Source of the DNA: Antedon mediterranea
Taxonomy: Eukaryota > Animalia > Echinodermata
Length of the DNA stretch: 64,000 nt
Assembly: GCF_964355755.1 (NCBI RefSeq)
Contig: NC_092680.1
Coordinates: 6,634,001-6,698,000 of the forward strand
Direction of reading: 5' to 3'
Shown here: piece after piece, positions 1 through 12,727 of the stretch
Layout of the letters: each line of letters opens with the position of its first letter
Position numbering within the stretch: the first letter of the stretch is position 1
Position numbers and translations under genes: made by a program
The notes under the pieces: model-generated
What the model saw: the letters and a program-made list of their open reading frames with translations, nothing else
Database searches by the model: none
What the model was told of the DNA's origin: nothing

Positions 1-464
1 GAAATCTTTTAATAAGATTACAAAGATCTCTATTCTGTTTAAATCCACCTCTGAGTATAGGCATACTATAGTTTACAATATACAGTAGGCCTACTGCTAG
101 TCAACACGTTACTCCATAAATAGAACCTCATCACTTTAAAAATGTGTCTACCTAAAATCTTATAAATATCACAAATCAACTGAAAGATTACTCAATACTA
201 TGCAGATTCAGGGGTGGGTGCTGGAAGTATGTATGTAGTACAATATGTAAAAATGAATTGGGGTGTGTGGGAAAGTCAAAACAATGATGAACCCACCTCC
301 ACCTATCTGAATCTAGACTTCTACTAAAGCACATATTTTCTATATAATAGTCTATTGGAAAACATACACATGGTATCACATGACCTACCGTATCTAATTG
401 TATAGCTCCAAATGGTATTCACAAAAGGTTGCCACCTACACAATACCACGTCAGCATGGAAATT

Positions 465-475
465 TGGAAATTCCA
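465..475 (+). promoter_or_regulatory. kB/Rel/NFAT-like motif TGGAAATTCCA upstream of copy 1
   Basis: About 90 bp before the ATG; the same motif precedes copies 2 and 4. Confidence 0.4.
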
Positions 476-557
476 AAAATCTACTTAACCGTAACACAAC
501 ATTGATTCACAGTGCTTAAATAATTGTAGCTTCTAGATTAAAAATAGTGAGGTAAAT

Positions 558-2818
558 ATGGATGTAGAACGAGGATTATGTTGGAAATGTCATAAGAATG
601 CCACAAAGAAATGCAGTGAATGTAAGATTGGAGAATACTGTGGAGATCAGTGTATGGATCGTGACAAGTTGAGACACAAAGCAGAATGTGACATGTGGAA
701 TGAAAAAAAGGAGTGTACATACTGTCACACAAAGACAAAATGCAAAGTGGTAAGACACACAACCTTAATATGTTTAGTATTATATTATTATATTATTAAT
801 TAATGAACTTATAATTCATATATTTACAGTACAGAGCCATATATATAATATATTCTGGTATGGGCAGATGTTAGATTTGGTGGTATTTGGGTGCAAAAAG
901 ACAAAAAAAATTGTATAGACTTTGCTATTGAGTCTATCTATCGATAGTCTAGTGCCCATAGTATAAAACCAGCAGAAAAACAGTTATTAGATTTTTAGGC
1001 CTCAAAACTATGCTAATTATTATAATATATGTCTATCAGATTTATGGTTGGCTGGTTGTCTTTTTTTAAATCAGATTTTAAATGGATTTTGTACTCTGAT
1101 TTTTAATTTGTTGGGCCAAATAAAGTGATTAAAATAAATATTTATTATCATATTTTCTAAAGTGTGCTGCATGCAAAGAAGCTACATACTGCAAACATGA
1201 ATGTCTAAAGAAGCATTGGCCATCTCACAAAGAAGAATGCAAACAAATCAGGAAGATAGTGAAAGAACGAGCAAAAGGTTACAGATGCAAATTCCAATTT
1301 AACAAAGGAATGCAACGAATGAATGATTATCCTTATTATATCGGCAACACTCTTGCTGTTGATGTACTGAAACTGGGCCTCAATGAAGCAGCACCAACTT
1401 CAGAAGGTACTGATTCAGAATTGGCAGGAGATTACAACATCTTACTTGCAGGAGTTGGAGATTTGCGTAATCTTTTATTGACAACAGCATCCCTTCCAAG
1501 CAACTTCACTGGCAAAGTTGGGTTTACTCTGAATGACATTGATCCATTTGTTTTGGCAAGAAATATACTTTTCTTATACATTATCATAACTCAAAGTTCA
1601 AGAGAATCTATCGAAACATCAATCACAAATATCTGGTATTCTCTACAACTTCCTGAAACAGATTTCCAGCTTCTTATGTCAGCTCTGGATGAACTTCTAC
1701 AACACACGGTAGCAACTTTGAAGGCCAAGACATGTGGTCATCTTATTTTAGAGGAGGATGATTTAAACATCATGAAAGAGGTGTGGGGTAAATGGAGAGA
1801 AATGGAATGTGAAACTGCAAAGGCTAATTCTGTTAATTTGTCAGGTCAGAGATCTGAAATGTTTAGACGTGATCCTAAAAGTTTTGATGGGATGTTAGAA
1901 TATAAAAATAAGATTCCACGAAGGTACAGACAATCTGCAAAACAGTACTTTAGTGATGGACTATTCCTGCCACAAAATATAAATAGAAAGAAGTTAAACT
2001 TTGATAATCCAACCTTAACCGGGCGTGGACAGGTTTATTGCAGCCAGGTGCATAGTCAATCTTCACCAAGTTCATTCAATTTTGTATATTGTATTAGATC
2101 AGATGCATCACCGTTCTTTTGTTGGGATAGCATTACAGTAGAGAAAATCTTTCAACAAGATTCAATAGTTGAATTATTTCATAAGTACATCTCCAGTGTT
2201 ATCCAATCTGCTTTAATACTTTTCCAAGAAGGTAGAATTAACTGCGTAATCAAGCTTAAAAACTGTACAGATCTTCACAGAGATTATGAACCAAACTTTG
2301 AACCTAAATTTGACCGAATCATGACTTCAAACATTGCAGATTACACAGGCATCAAAGTACTACTTTCAACAATGCGCCCTCTTTTGAGCACAACGAACAA
2401 ACATGCCGTGCTTATTACAGAAACAGTGAATTGGAGGGGAGAATGTCCAGAAGCGGATTTATTGCAACCACAGAATGTATCTAAACAACAAATGCTAACA
2501 GAAATGATGTATAAAGACACAAGACGACGTGATCTGATTGGTAACATTTTTGTTCTTTACGATTACTTTGATATCAATAACTTTTTTCTTCGTTACTTGC
2601 GCATTTTGTTTCTTGCAACGACTGATGACCAAACGTTAAGAGATACTATTCCAAATTTAACAAAAACTTTCAATATGGAAGGATTTCAACTTCGAAATTT
2701 CACAAATGAATTAAACAAAGTTGTTCCATTTGTATACCGTGTTTATGCTAGGTTAATGAGCAACGGTAGTGGAATTGAGAGAAATTTGGAATGGCAATTA
2801 GATTCATCTAATAATTGA
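558..2818 (+). CDS. Double MYND zinc finger + DUF4470 / SAM-methyltransferase-like protein, copy 1 (exons 558-749, 1163-2818; 615 aa)
   Basis: Exon 1 MDVERGLCWKC...HKAEC...CTYCHTKTKCKV ends at GTG|gtaag. Phase-0 intron 750-1162 ends ttctaaag|TGT. Exon 2 CAACKEATYCKHECLKKHWPSHKEEC completes a second MYND finger and is in frame with ORF 1259-2818. Motifs NILLAGVGDLRN, TLNDIDPFVLARN and FDRIMTSNIADY resemble DUF4470-family proteins (family call by recall, not by search). Confidence 0.88.
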
Positions 2819-4022
2819 TTTCAATAGATCAGGTGTGAATATACAAGTTTAATATAGAAATAAGTAAGTGGAATAAGAGAAATAGAATAGCATTTAAATT
2901 TAACTCATACAATTTGCTAGTTAGATTCGTTATAATGTTAAATGAAAAAATTAAAACTAAGTTGTAAATTTTGAAAAAAAAACATACTTTTTAGATTATC
3001 AAAGATACATAAGGTTTGATCTGGCAATTTCTGTAAATTCTGGAAAACAGAAGCATTAGGCCAGTATTAGGAGAGTTGACAGAAAAAAATGTTAAAATGT
3101 AATGTATTTAGTTTCTATTAATTAAAAATTTAATTGTAAACTCTTGAACTGATGGTGTTTTGTCTTTTTTTATATGCATTTGAATATCATGATAGATGGT
3201 TCAAAATAGATGAATCCTGGATGAAAAAATATCTTTGACAAACTTTGTTCTCTTCTTCCACCTTGAAAAAACTCTCTAAATCAGCATCTAAGATAGGTCT
3301 AACTATGCTAGTTGGCAGTACCTTCCAAGTTTTGGTCAGCCTCAAAGCATGAATTTCTCAGAAATACAGTATTTGAACAAAATAAATTATATATCATAAT
3401 AATAATTAATAAAGATTCAAGATTCAGGAAATGTTATTGGTCCACTTTAAAATTAAAATTCATTATTATGCTTGGTATAATTAAGACAAAAATACATCAA
3501 ATTGCAAAAGGAAATGTTAAAATACTATTTATAGGCCTATATTAAAATACTGATTTAAAAAAAAAATAAAAATGATTAAAAATTCAAAACAAAAATTACA
3601 GTATTGAGTTATAATAATACAGTAGTTTTACAATATTTCAATGGTTGTGTGTTTTATCAACGTAGAAACTCAAGATGGTATTTATTATCATTTCTGCTGA
3701 ACTTTATAAACAAGATTTTCGACCAATTCACCTCATTTATGAGCTGGTGTATAATACTATTAGTTACATACAATTTTTATCAATAAAAACTCGGCCACAA
3801 ACAAAATATAATCAACCCCTTTATACTATTATTATATTTTTTTGAGATTTGTATGCCAAAAATTATGGAGTATTTAAGTTAATGGCAAAGCTTCGATCAC
3901 ACATCTACATTTGATCAAATTAACCAATGTGCAGGCTAATTTGAAAAAAAAAGCTTTAATGCCAAACACTGACTTACAACTCCCAAGATTACATTATTAT
4001 GAATTTTACCTAACATCCTCAA

Positions 4023-4077
4023 TGACTCAAATTGGGACTATTTTATACCAGGAAGTTGTCATAATGTGGAAATTCCA
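4023..4077 (+). promoter_or_regulatory. AP-1 (TGACTCA) + ETS (CAGGAAGT) + kB-like (TGGAAATTCCA) cluster upstream of copy 2
   Basis: Motifs at 4023-4029, 4049-4056 and 4067-4077, within 130 bp of ATG 4153. Confidence 0.42.
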
Positions 4078-4152
4078 AAAAAAAATATCTATATATTTGG
4101 AAATACAAGACAGAAGCAACATATTTTGCAGCAACTTAACTAAATATTAATT

Positions 4153-7080
4153 ATGGATGTCGAACCAGGATCATGTTGGAAATGTCATAATAATGCCACA
4201 AAGAAATGTAGTGAATGTAAAATTGCAGAATACTGTGGAGATCAGTGTATGGATCGTGACAAGTTGAGACACAAAGCAGAATGTGACATGTGGAATGAAA
4301 AAAAGGAGTGTGCATACTGTCACACAAAGACAAAATGCAAAGTGGTAAGAAACAAAACCTTAATATGTTTAGTATTATATTATATATTAATTAATGAACC
4401 TATAATTTACCTCCCCCAAGGAGGTATATGTAGTCAATCATGTGTTTGTCTAATTGTTTGGTTGTAGGCAGGATTACTCAAAAAGTTCTTACAAGATCTT
4501 TACCAAAAAGAAAATACAGATAGATATGTGGTCAACGACCACTCCATTAAATGTTGGAGGCAATCCGGACCAGGGTCCCAATTCTGGACCACTTTTTGGT
4601 ATTTTTTCAGACCTGCTAGTGTTAAAAGATAGGAGACAATTTTCAAAAGCTGGCTAGCAGTCTTAAAGTAACAAGTAAACTGAAATTGCATTTTTTCGAG
4701 AAAAAACAAAGACCTATTTCTTTTCAAATTCACCCATTTGTTTTTGGCATTGCTATAACTATTGTTAGTCAACTGAAACTATTGTTCGTTGAAAGGCTGG
4801 TTACATAACCATAACACGAAAATTTGCATACACATGGTTGAAGTGAAATTAGCCTAACCACACACAGAATTAAGACACAAAAATAAAAAAATATATATAT
4901 TGTTTTTTCCGGTGAAATCTTATGCATAGGAGAATTTTACAGTAGGCGGAGGTATGCACTCTCGAAGTGGCGTTCTAGTTCATATTACATTTACTGTACA
5001 GAGCTAAATATATAATATATTCTGGTATGGGCAGATGCTGGAATTGGTGGTATTTGGGTGCAAAAAAGTTAACACCTTGTGAAAATATTTCTAGACTTTG
5101 CAGCTATTGAGTCTAAAACTCATTTTATGCATATCTGTTTTTGAGCGTGAACAGAAGGACTTTCTGGCTCAATAGCTGCTTAGTATTTTGCCACGTAGTC
5201 TAATAGAAGAAAAACATCTAATAAATGTTTTATTTTTTCATCAATAAAATATGCTAGTACTATTGTTCGCTCATTGCTAATCAATTGACTCATATATGAT
5301 TTTTATTTTGTTTGCCCAAATAAAATGATTAAAATATATATTTTAATATTTATTATCATATTTTCTAAAGTGTGCTGCATGCAAAGAAGCTACATACTGC
5401 AAACATGAATGTCTAAAGAAGCATTGGCCATCTCACAAAGAAGAATGCAAACAAATCAGGAAGATAGTGAAAGAACAAGCAAAAGGTTACAGATTCAAAT
5501 TCCAATTTAACAAAGGAATGCAACGAATGAATGATTATCCTTATTATATCGGCAACACTCTTGCTGTTGATGTACTGAAACAGGGCCTCAATGAAGCAGC
5601 ACCAACTTCAGAGGGTACTGATTCAGAATTGGCAATAGATTACAACATCTTACTTGCAGGAGTTGGAGATTTGCGTAATCTTTTACTTACAACAGCATCA
5701 CTTCCAAGCAACTTCACTGGCAACGTTGGGTTTACTCTGAATGACATTGATCCATTTGTTTTGGCAAGAAATATACTCTTCTTATACATTATCATAATTC
5801 AAAGTTCCAGAGAATCTATTGAAACATCAATCACAAATATCTGGTATTCACTACAACTTCCAGAAACAGATTTCCAGCTTCTTATGTCAGCTCTGGATGA
5901 ACTTCTACAACACACAGTAGGAACTTTGAAGTCTATGACATGTGGTCACCTTATTTTAGAGGAGGATGATTTAAACATCATGAAAGAGGTCTGGGGTAAA
6001 TGGAGAGAAATTGAATGTGAAACTGCAAAGTCTAATTTTGTTAATTTGTCAGATCAGAGATCTGAAATGTTTAAACGTGATCTAAAAAGTTCTGATGGGA
6101 TGTTAAAATATGTAAATAAGATTCCACGAAAGTACAGACAATCTGCAAAACAGTACTTTAGTGATGGACTATTCCTGCCACAAAATGTACATAGAAATAA
6201 GTTAAAATTTGATAATCCAACCTTAACCGGGCGTGGACAGGTTTATTGCAGCCAGGTGCATAGTCAATCTGCACCAAGTTCATTCAATTTTGTCTATTGT
6301 ATTAGATCAGATGCATCACCGTTCTTTTGTTGGGATAGCATTACAGTAGAGAAAATCTTTCAACAAGATTCAATAGTTGAATTATTTCATAAGTACATCT
6401 CCAGTGTGCTCCAGTCTGCTTTGATACTTTTCCAACAAGGTAGAATTAACTGCGTAATCAAGCTCAAAAACTGTACAGATCTTCACAGAGATTATGAACC
6501 AAACTTTGAATCTAAATTTGACCGAATCATGACTTCAAACATTGCAGATTACACAGGCATCAAAGTACTACTTTCAACAATGCGCCCTCTTCTCAGCACA
6601 ACAAACAAACATGCTGTGCTTATTACAGAAACAATTAATTGGAGCGAAGAATGTCCAGAAGCGGATTTACTGCAACCAAAGAATCTAATTAATAAAAAAA
6701 TAGTAACAGACATAATGTACAAAGACACAGGACGATGCGATATATATTTCGGTCTTTATGATTACTTTGATACAAATAAGCTTTTTCTTCGTTACTTGCG
6801 CATTTTGTTTCTTGCAACGACTGATGACACAACGTTGAGAGATACTATTCCAAATTTAACAGAAACCTTCAATACAAAAGGGTTTCAACTTCGAAATTTC
6901 ACAAATGAATTAAATAAGGTTGTTCCATTTGTATATCGTGTATATGCTAGGTTAATGAACAACTGTAGTGGACTTAACAGAAGTTTGGAATGGCACTTAG
7001 ATTCATCAAATTCATCTAGTGTAAATACAGAAGTTACAAACAGAGAATATGTGTATATCCATTTGCCTTCATTACAATAG
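4153..7080 (+). CDS. Double MYND + DUF4470-like protein, copy 2 (exons 4153-4344, 5371-7080; 633 aa, C-terminal extension)
   Basis: Same exon structure and splice sites as copy 1 (GTG|gtaag at 4344/4345; ctaaag|TGT at 5370/5371); in frame with ORF 5467-7080. The intron is enlarged by a Helentron-type insertion. Confidence 0.88.
4408..4980 (+). mobile_element. Non-autonomous Helentron/DINE-like element (HINE) in the intron of copy 2
   Basis: 5' TACCTCCcccaaGGAGGTA hairpin/subTIR; 3' GGCGGAGGTA + CACTctcgaAGTG hairpin + TTCTAGT. Absent at the paralogous site of copy 1 (tataatt|cata); inserted at TT with no TSD. Confidence 0.8.
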
Positions 7081-8020
7081 TCAGTTATAAGTCGTTTATG
7101 TGCCATTTTTGTTAAGCACCTTTGGAAATTACCACTTTATAAAAGAATATTATTAAAATATGGTGTAACAAACTGTAAATACTACTCAAATAGTATTCAG
7201 TTCTATCTGAATTAAAATATTTAAAAATGGAAAATAGAGTTTGAATAATGTTTACTGGAACTCAGAGTCTTTAAACATTTTTTGTATTTCTTGAACACCA
7301 TGATGGTTCTAGATACAACACAACACATAGGTAGGCCTATAGTTTGGTGTTACAAGACTGATGTTCATTAAAACAAAAAATAGTTTTAAGAATTGATGAT
7401 TATTCATTATTATCATTATCGAAACATGAATAATGCTATTTGAAATTTGTTTATATAGAACACAGTGTGATGGCCTTTTATTTTCATAACCACACCTGTA
7501 GGTCTATGTCTAAAACACTAACACTAAAAGTGTGTTTGCTGCAATGCATGAAAAACTACTGGAATTTTCTATTTACCATGGAACTGAATAATATTATTAA
7601 GTTTACTTTTTGAGAAAATGTTATTACTAAATAGTCATTAGCTGAATAATTAAGTATGTTAAATTGTTTGTACAGAAAAAAATGAAATAATGCAATAATG
7701 TACGTTTCATATTTATCTAATAAGAATGGTTTTTTAATAAATAATTTCATGTTGAAATCTAAGTGAATATTGACATGATTCATTGACAACATTGTAAATT
7801 GTATGTTTAGTTATCTAATGAAAAATATGCTATATCTTAATTTCCATAACCCTTTTAATCTTTTTATGATAATCAGAAAATCAAAATGTCTAATTACAAA
7901 GCTGAATCATATGACAATGTTGACTACACTCCCAGTCACATGATGATAAAAAAATTCTGAATACAGTATCACTAGGTAGTAATGACTTCACAAACTTGCA
8001 AATTGAAATAAAAGGTAAAT

Positions 8021-11000
8021 ATGGATGTTCAACCAGGTTTATGTTGGCGATGTGAGAAGAAAAAAAAACAAAGAAGTGTAGTGAATGTAGTATTGGAGAA
8101 TACTGTGGAGATCAGTGTGTGGATCGTGACAAGTTGAGACATAAAGCAGAATGTGACATGTGGAATGAAAAAAAGGAGTGTGCATACTGTCACACAAAGA
8201 CAAAATGCAAAGTGGTAAGAAACAAGACTATAAAATATTTATTAATTATAATAAATTATTAGTTAATTAACTTATAATTATATATTTACAGTACAGAGTC
8301 GAATATATATAATATATTCTGGCAGGGAAGATGCTGGATTTGGTGGTACAGTATTTGGGTACGAAAAACACCTTGGGAAAAAGAAGTCTAACAGTCTTCT
8401 ATGCATATCATATAAGCATGCTCAGAATGAATTTTTGACTTAATAGCTGCATAGTTCCACATCTACTAGATTATTAGGTTTCATACAGTAGTTCAATCTC
8501 TATCTTTTTCAAAAGCAGATTTTAAATGGATTTTTTATTCTGATTTTTATTTTGTTTGCCGAAGTGATAAATACTAATAATACGTATTTATTATCATATT
8601 TTCTCAAGTGTGCTGCATGCAGAGAAGCCACATACTGCAAACGTGAATGTCAAGTGAAGCATTGGTCATCTCACAAACAAGAATGCATACAAATCAGGAA
8701 GATGGTGAAAGAACGAGTAGAAGTTTACAGATTCAAATTCCAATTTAACAAAGGAATGCAACGAATGAGTGATTATCCTTATTATATTGGCAACACTCTT
8801 GCTGTTGACGTACTGAAACTGGGTCTCAATGAAACCGCACCAAATTCAGAGGGTACTGATTCAGAATTGGCCAGAGATTACAACATCTTACTTGCAGGAG
8901 TTGGAGATTTCCGTAATCTGTTACTGAAAACAGCAACACTTCCAAGCAACTTCACTGGCAACGTTGGATTTACTTTGAATGACTCTGATCCATTTGTTTT
9001 GGCTAGAAATGTACTCTTCTTGTATATCATCATAACTCAAAGTTCCAGAGAATCTATTGAAATAGTCTGGGCTCCAGACGGAGTTTTTTCTTAATATTAG
9101 TAAAAATATAAATATTGTTGCACATATGGCGTTTCATACGTGTATTACTTGAGTTTGGATACTCCGTCTGGGGAAACACGCAAAAGTCACGTGGTTTGAC
9201 ACCAAGAATTCTTGGTGCATAGATTATCCGGTTGACTAGTTTCAGCTGCATGCGATTGGCTACTCACTCGTACACTGTTTTAATATTCATGTTTCAGAAT
9301 TTCAAAGACTCAACAACTAAGAAGGTACGCATGCACTATGTTACGTTTAGACAATTAATGAAAGTTTCTGAAGGCTAGAAATGATTTTATACCGTATGCT
9401 TAGTAGTAGTCTGGTAAACATTTGATGGGATTTTTCCCAAGAAAACTCGTCTTGCTTCTCCGCAAATCAAACATTGAATGGATCATTTAATATTACGCGG
9501 AGATAATTTGATTTAATTCCCACCCAGACCCTGTCCTGTTCTGTGTAGTGGTGTACAACTCCCTGGTGTAGCCCTGTCTGTTGTGTGTGAATCCTGTTGT
9601 GTGCCGGTGGTGTGTAGGCCTACCTTATTGGCGTTTTATTTGGCAGGTCATACGTGCGAGTTGAGTAGGACCTACGAAGGAGGCCTAGGCTAAGGACTAA
9701 ACAATTAATAAACAAAACAACTTGGCAACACGATTTCATATTTCAACAGTCTCGATCGTACATTCAGCACTGTACGTACTCGATCTTTTTCATTTTGAAA
9801 CAAAATGATCATTGGTTGATTCGAAATCCATATTTACATACCGCCCGCCCCATATAGCCAAATACGGTATGATAACCTACGTCATTCTTATTGGATGTTT
9901 GCGATCTGCAAATCGATTTCTATACGTGTTTCACAAGTCTGTATTTTCAGACAAAAATCGCGGTCGAAATAAAAACAAATAAATAAAAATAAAAAACAAT
10001 ACAGACTTGGGGCAAGTCTACTATTGAAACATCAATCACTAATATCTGGTATTCACTACAACTTCCAGAAACAGATTTCCAGCTTCTTATGTCAACTCTG
10101 GATGAACTTCTACAACACACAGTAACAACTTTGAAGGCTAAGACAAGTGATCACCTTATTTTAGAGGAGGATGACTTCAACATCGTGAAAGAGGTCTGGG
10201 GTAAATGGAGAGAAATGGAATGTGAAACTGCAAAGAATAACTCTATTAAATTGTCAGATCAGAGATTTGAAATGTTTAAAAGTGAACCTAAAAGCTCTGA
10301 TGGGATGTTAGAATATCTAAATAAGATTCCACAAAAATACAGAAAATCTGTAAAACAGTACTTTAGTGATGGACTATTCCTGCCACAAAACGTACATAGA
10401 AAGAAGTTAACATTTGATAATCCAACCTTAACCGGGCGTGGACAGGTTTATTGCAGCCAGGTGCATAGTCAATCTGCACCAAGTTTATTCAATTTTGTCT
10501 ATTGTATTCTTTCGCTGGCATTTCCATTTATTGGTTGGGACAGCATTACGGTAGAGAAGAGTTCTAGACAAGATTCTATAGTTGAATTATTTCACAGGTA
10601 CATCTCTAATGTAACTAAGTCTGCTTTGAACATTTTCCAGGAAGGTAGGATTCACTGTATCTTAAAAACTGTACACATCTACACAGAGATTATGAACCAA
10701 ACTTTGAACCTAAATTTGATCGTATTATGACCTCAAACATAGCAGATTATACCAGCATCAAAGAACTACTTTCAACAATGCGCCCTCTTCTCAGCACAAC
10801 AAACAAACATGCTGTGCTTATTACAGAAACAATGAATTGGAGGGCCCAATTTCAAGAATCAAATTTATTGCAACCACAGAATGTACTTAAATATGTTACA
10901 CTAACAGACATAATGTACAAAGACACAGGAAGACTTGATCTGATTGGTAACACTTTGGTTCTTTATGATTACTGTGATACCAGTAAATTGTTTCTTCGTT

Positions 11001-11227
11001 ACTTACGTATTTTGTTTCTTGCAACAAATAACAATGACCAAACGTTAAGAGATACTATTCCAAATTTAACAAAAACTTTCAATATAGAAGGATTTCGACT
11101 TAGAAATTTCACAAATGAATTAAACAAGGTTGTTCCATTTGTATATCGTGTATATGCCAGGTTAATGAATAATAGTAGTGGACTTAACAGAAGTTTGGAA
11201 TGGCAATTAGATTCATCTCCTTATTGA
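8021..11227 (+). pseudogene. Double MYND + DUF4470-like protein, copy 3, disrupted (exon 1 8021-8214; exon 2 8609-9062 + 10021-11227)
   Basis: Exon 1 is 194 nt instead of 192 (+2 in the A-run at 8060-8068, giving an early stop). Exon 2 is split by an insertion at 9063-10020. About 7 nt are deleted near 10656-10662 (tgt atctt aaa vs tgc gta atc aag ctt aaa), which explains the break between ORFs 10089-10730 and 10727-11227. Confidence 0.9.
9063..10020. mobile_element. Non-autonomous DNA transposon, AcademH-like (958 bp)
   Basis: Perfect 9-bp TSD CTATTGAAA (9054-9062 and 10021-10029). TAG...CTA termini. Each end is a hairpin (GTCTGG-gct-CCAGAC; AGACTTG-ggg-CAAGTCT) with a subterminal inverted copy (actccgtctgg ~9161; caagtctgtatt ~9934). 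The superfamily call rests on terminal structure only. Confidence 0.85.
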
Positions 11228-12727
11228 TTTCAATCAATTAGAAAGGAATATAGAAAAGGAACTAGAGAAATAAAAAAGTTTTATTATTATTCATTGAAAT
11301 TTAACTCATACAATTTTCTAGTTAAAATCTTTATATGGTAGTTTAAAATTAACAGCTAAATTTCTTGTAATAATTTTTGGAGAAAAAATGTTTTAGTCTT
11401 GATAGTTTTTAGATTTTTGTTTAGCTAAGATACTTAAAGTAAATTGTATAAAGTTTACCAGATGGGTTAGATACATTTTGGATAGATTTTTGTACTAGTT
11501 TGCTAGTCTGCATGTACTGTACTGTAAATAAGTTTCCATTTACAACTTGAAAAAAAACATATAAGTTACACATGTAATCTAATAATATATTTGTGACATG
11601 ATCAAAAACCCTTTCTTTGTGGATGCAGTCGATTCCCTCAATATGACTCTTCCAAAACCAGATCGGACTCGAGCTACAAAAGTTCCGAATTCTTCGTTAC
11701 CACTAAAAACACATTTAGCATGAAACTTCTGGAGCCAGCCCCACGTTGTTCAGTAATTAGGAGAGTTGACTGCTTATTCTAAAAATGTATTTACTGTAGT
11801 TCTATTTCAATGAATTAAAATTAACAATTTAAATGTAAACTCTTCACTGAAAGTGTTTTGATTTTTTGAATGGCTGTATAAGTTGAAATAACATGATTGG
11901 TGGTTAAAAACATTTTATGAAATTCAAAGAAGCTTGGAATGGAAACTTATTTCAGACATATAAAGAGAGGTTACATTTTAGGAAGACAATCAACTCATGT
12001 TAATGTCTACCTAATGGGACTGGGGGACATTGGCAGCAAATTTTAAAATAGGAGAATTGAAATGCAATTTTTTAATACAAACTAACCAGATAGTAAATGT
12101 GATATATCACTTTTAACAAAATTTAAAAAGCATGTACAGTATGGGAAGAGATGACTGGAGCATACAGACCAAAACATAGTTCTACCCCTGACCTGATCCT
12201 ATTAAGATACATTTATCAGAATTTGAGGCCACTATTTACAATGCATTAAAATTGTTCTTAATTAAATGAACTGCTATTTATCTTAAAATTAAATTTAATA
12301 AAAGTAGATAAAAAGTTTAAATACACTTTGACAACAGATAAAAAAAGATGGATCAACTTAATATATAACTTAATGTATATTTTAATTATTGTATTCCTAG
12401 TTGTGAAACTTCTGTATAAACTGAGGAATTTTTAATCAGCACACAAAAGAGAATTGGTATTATTTACAATGACGTTCTTTTGTCTGCATTTTATAATATT
12501 ACATTTAAACTTTTAAAAATGTCAAATGAGACTTGTGTAATATAAAAAATTTAAAATAGATAAAATATAATGTGTATGGGACAATTATTTAAATGAGAAT
12601 TGCATACATTATTACACTTTGGAAGTTTGGTTTTGCAATGCAACAAAATTACTCATTGTTTAAATTGTATATTGATTATTTTTGATTGATTAGTTGCATT
12701 ATGCTGCAATGTCAATACTATACTTAT

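Noticed and set aside
1259-2818. ORF-track starts at GTG 1259, 5467 and 13643 (and TTG 8552) as real initiation sites
   Set aside because: Eukaryotic locus: the frame is open 32 codons further upstream to a splice acceptor, and the MYND exon supplies the ATG.
8060-8068. Copy 3 being intact, with the frameshift only a homopolymer sequencing error
   Set aside because: The A-run may be an error, but the 958-bp insertion and the second frameshift at ~10660 disrupt the gene independently.
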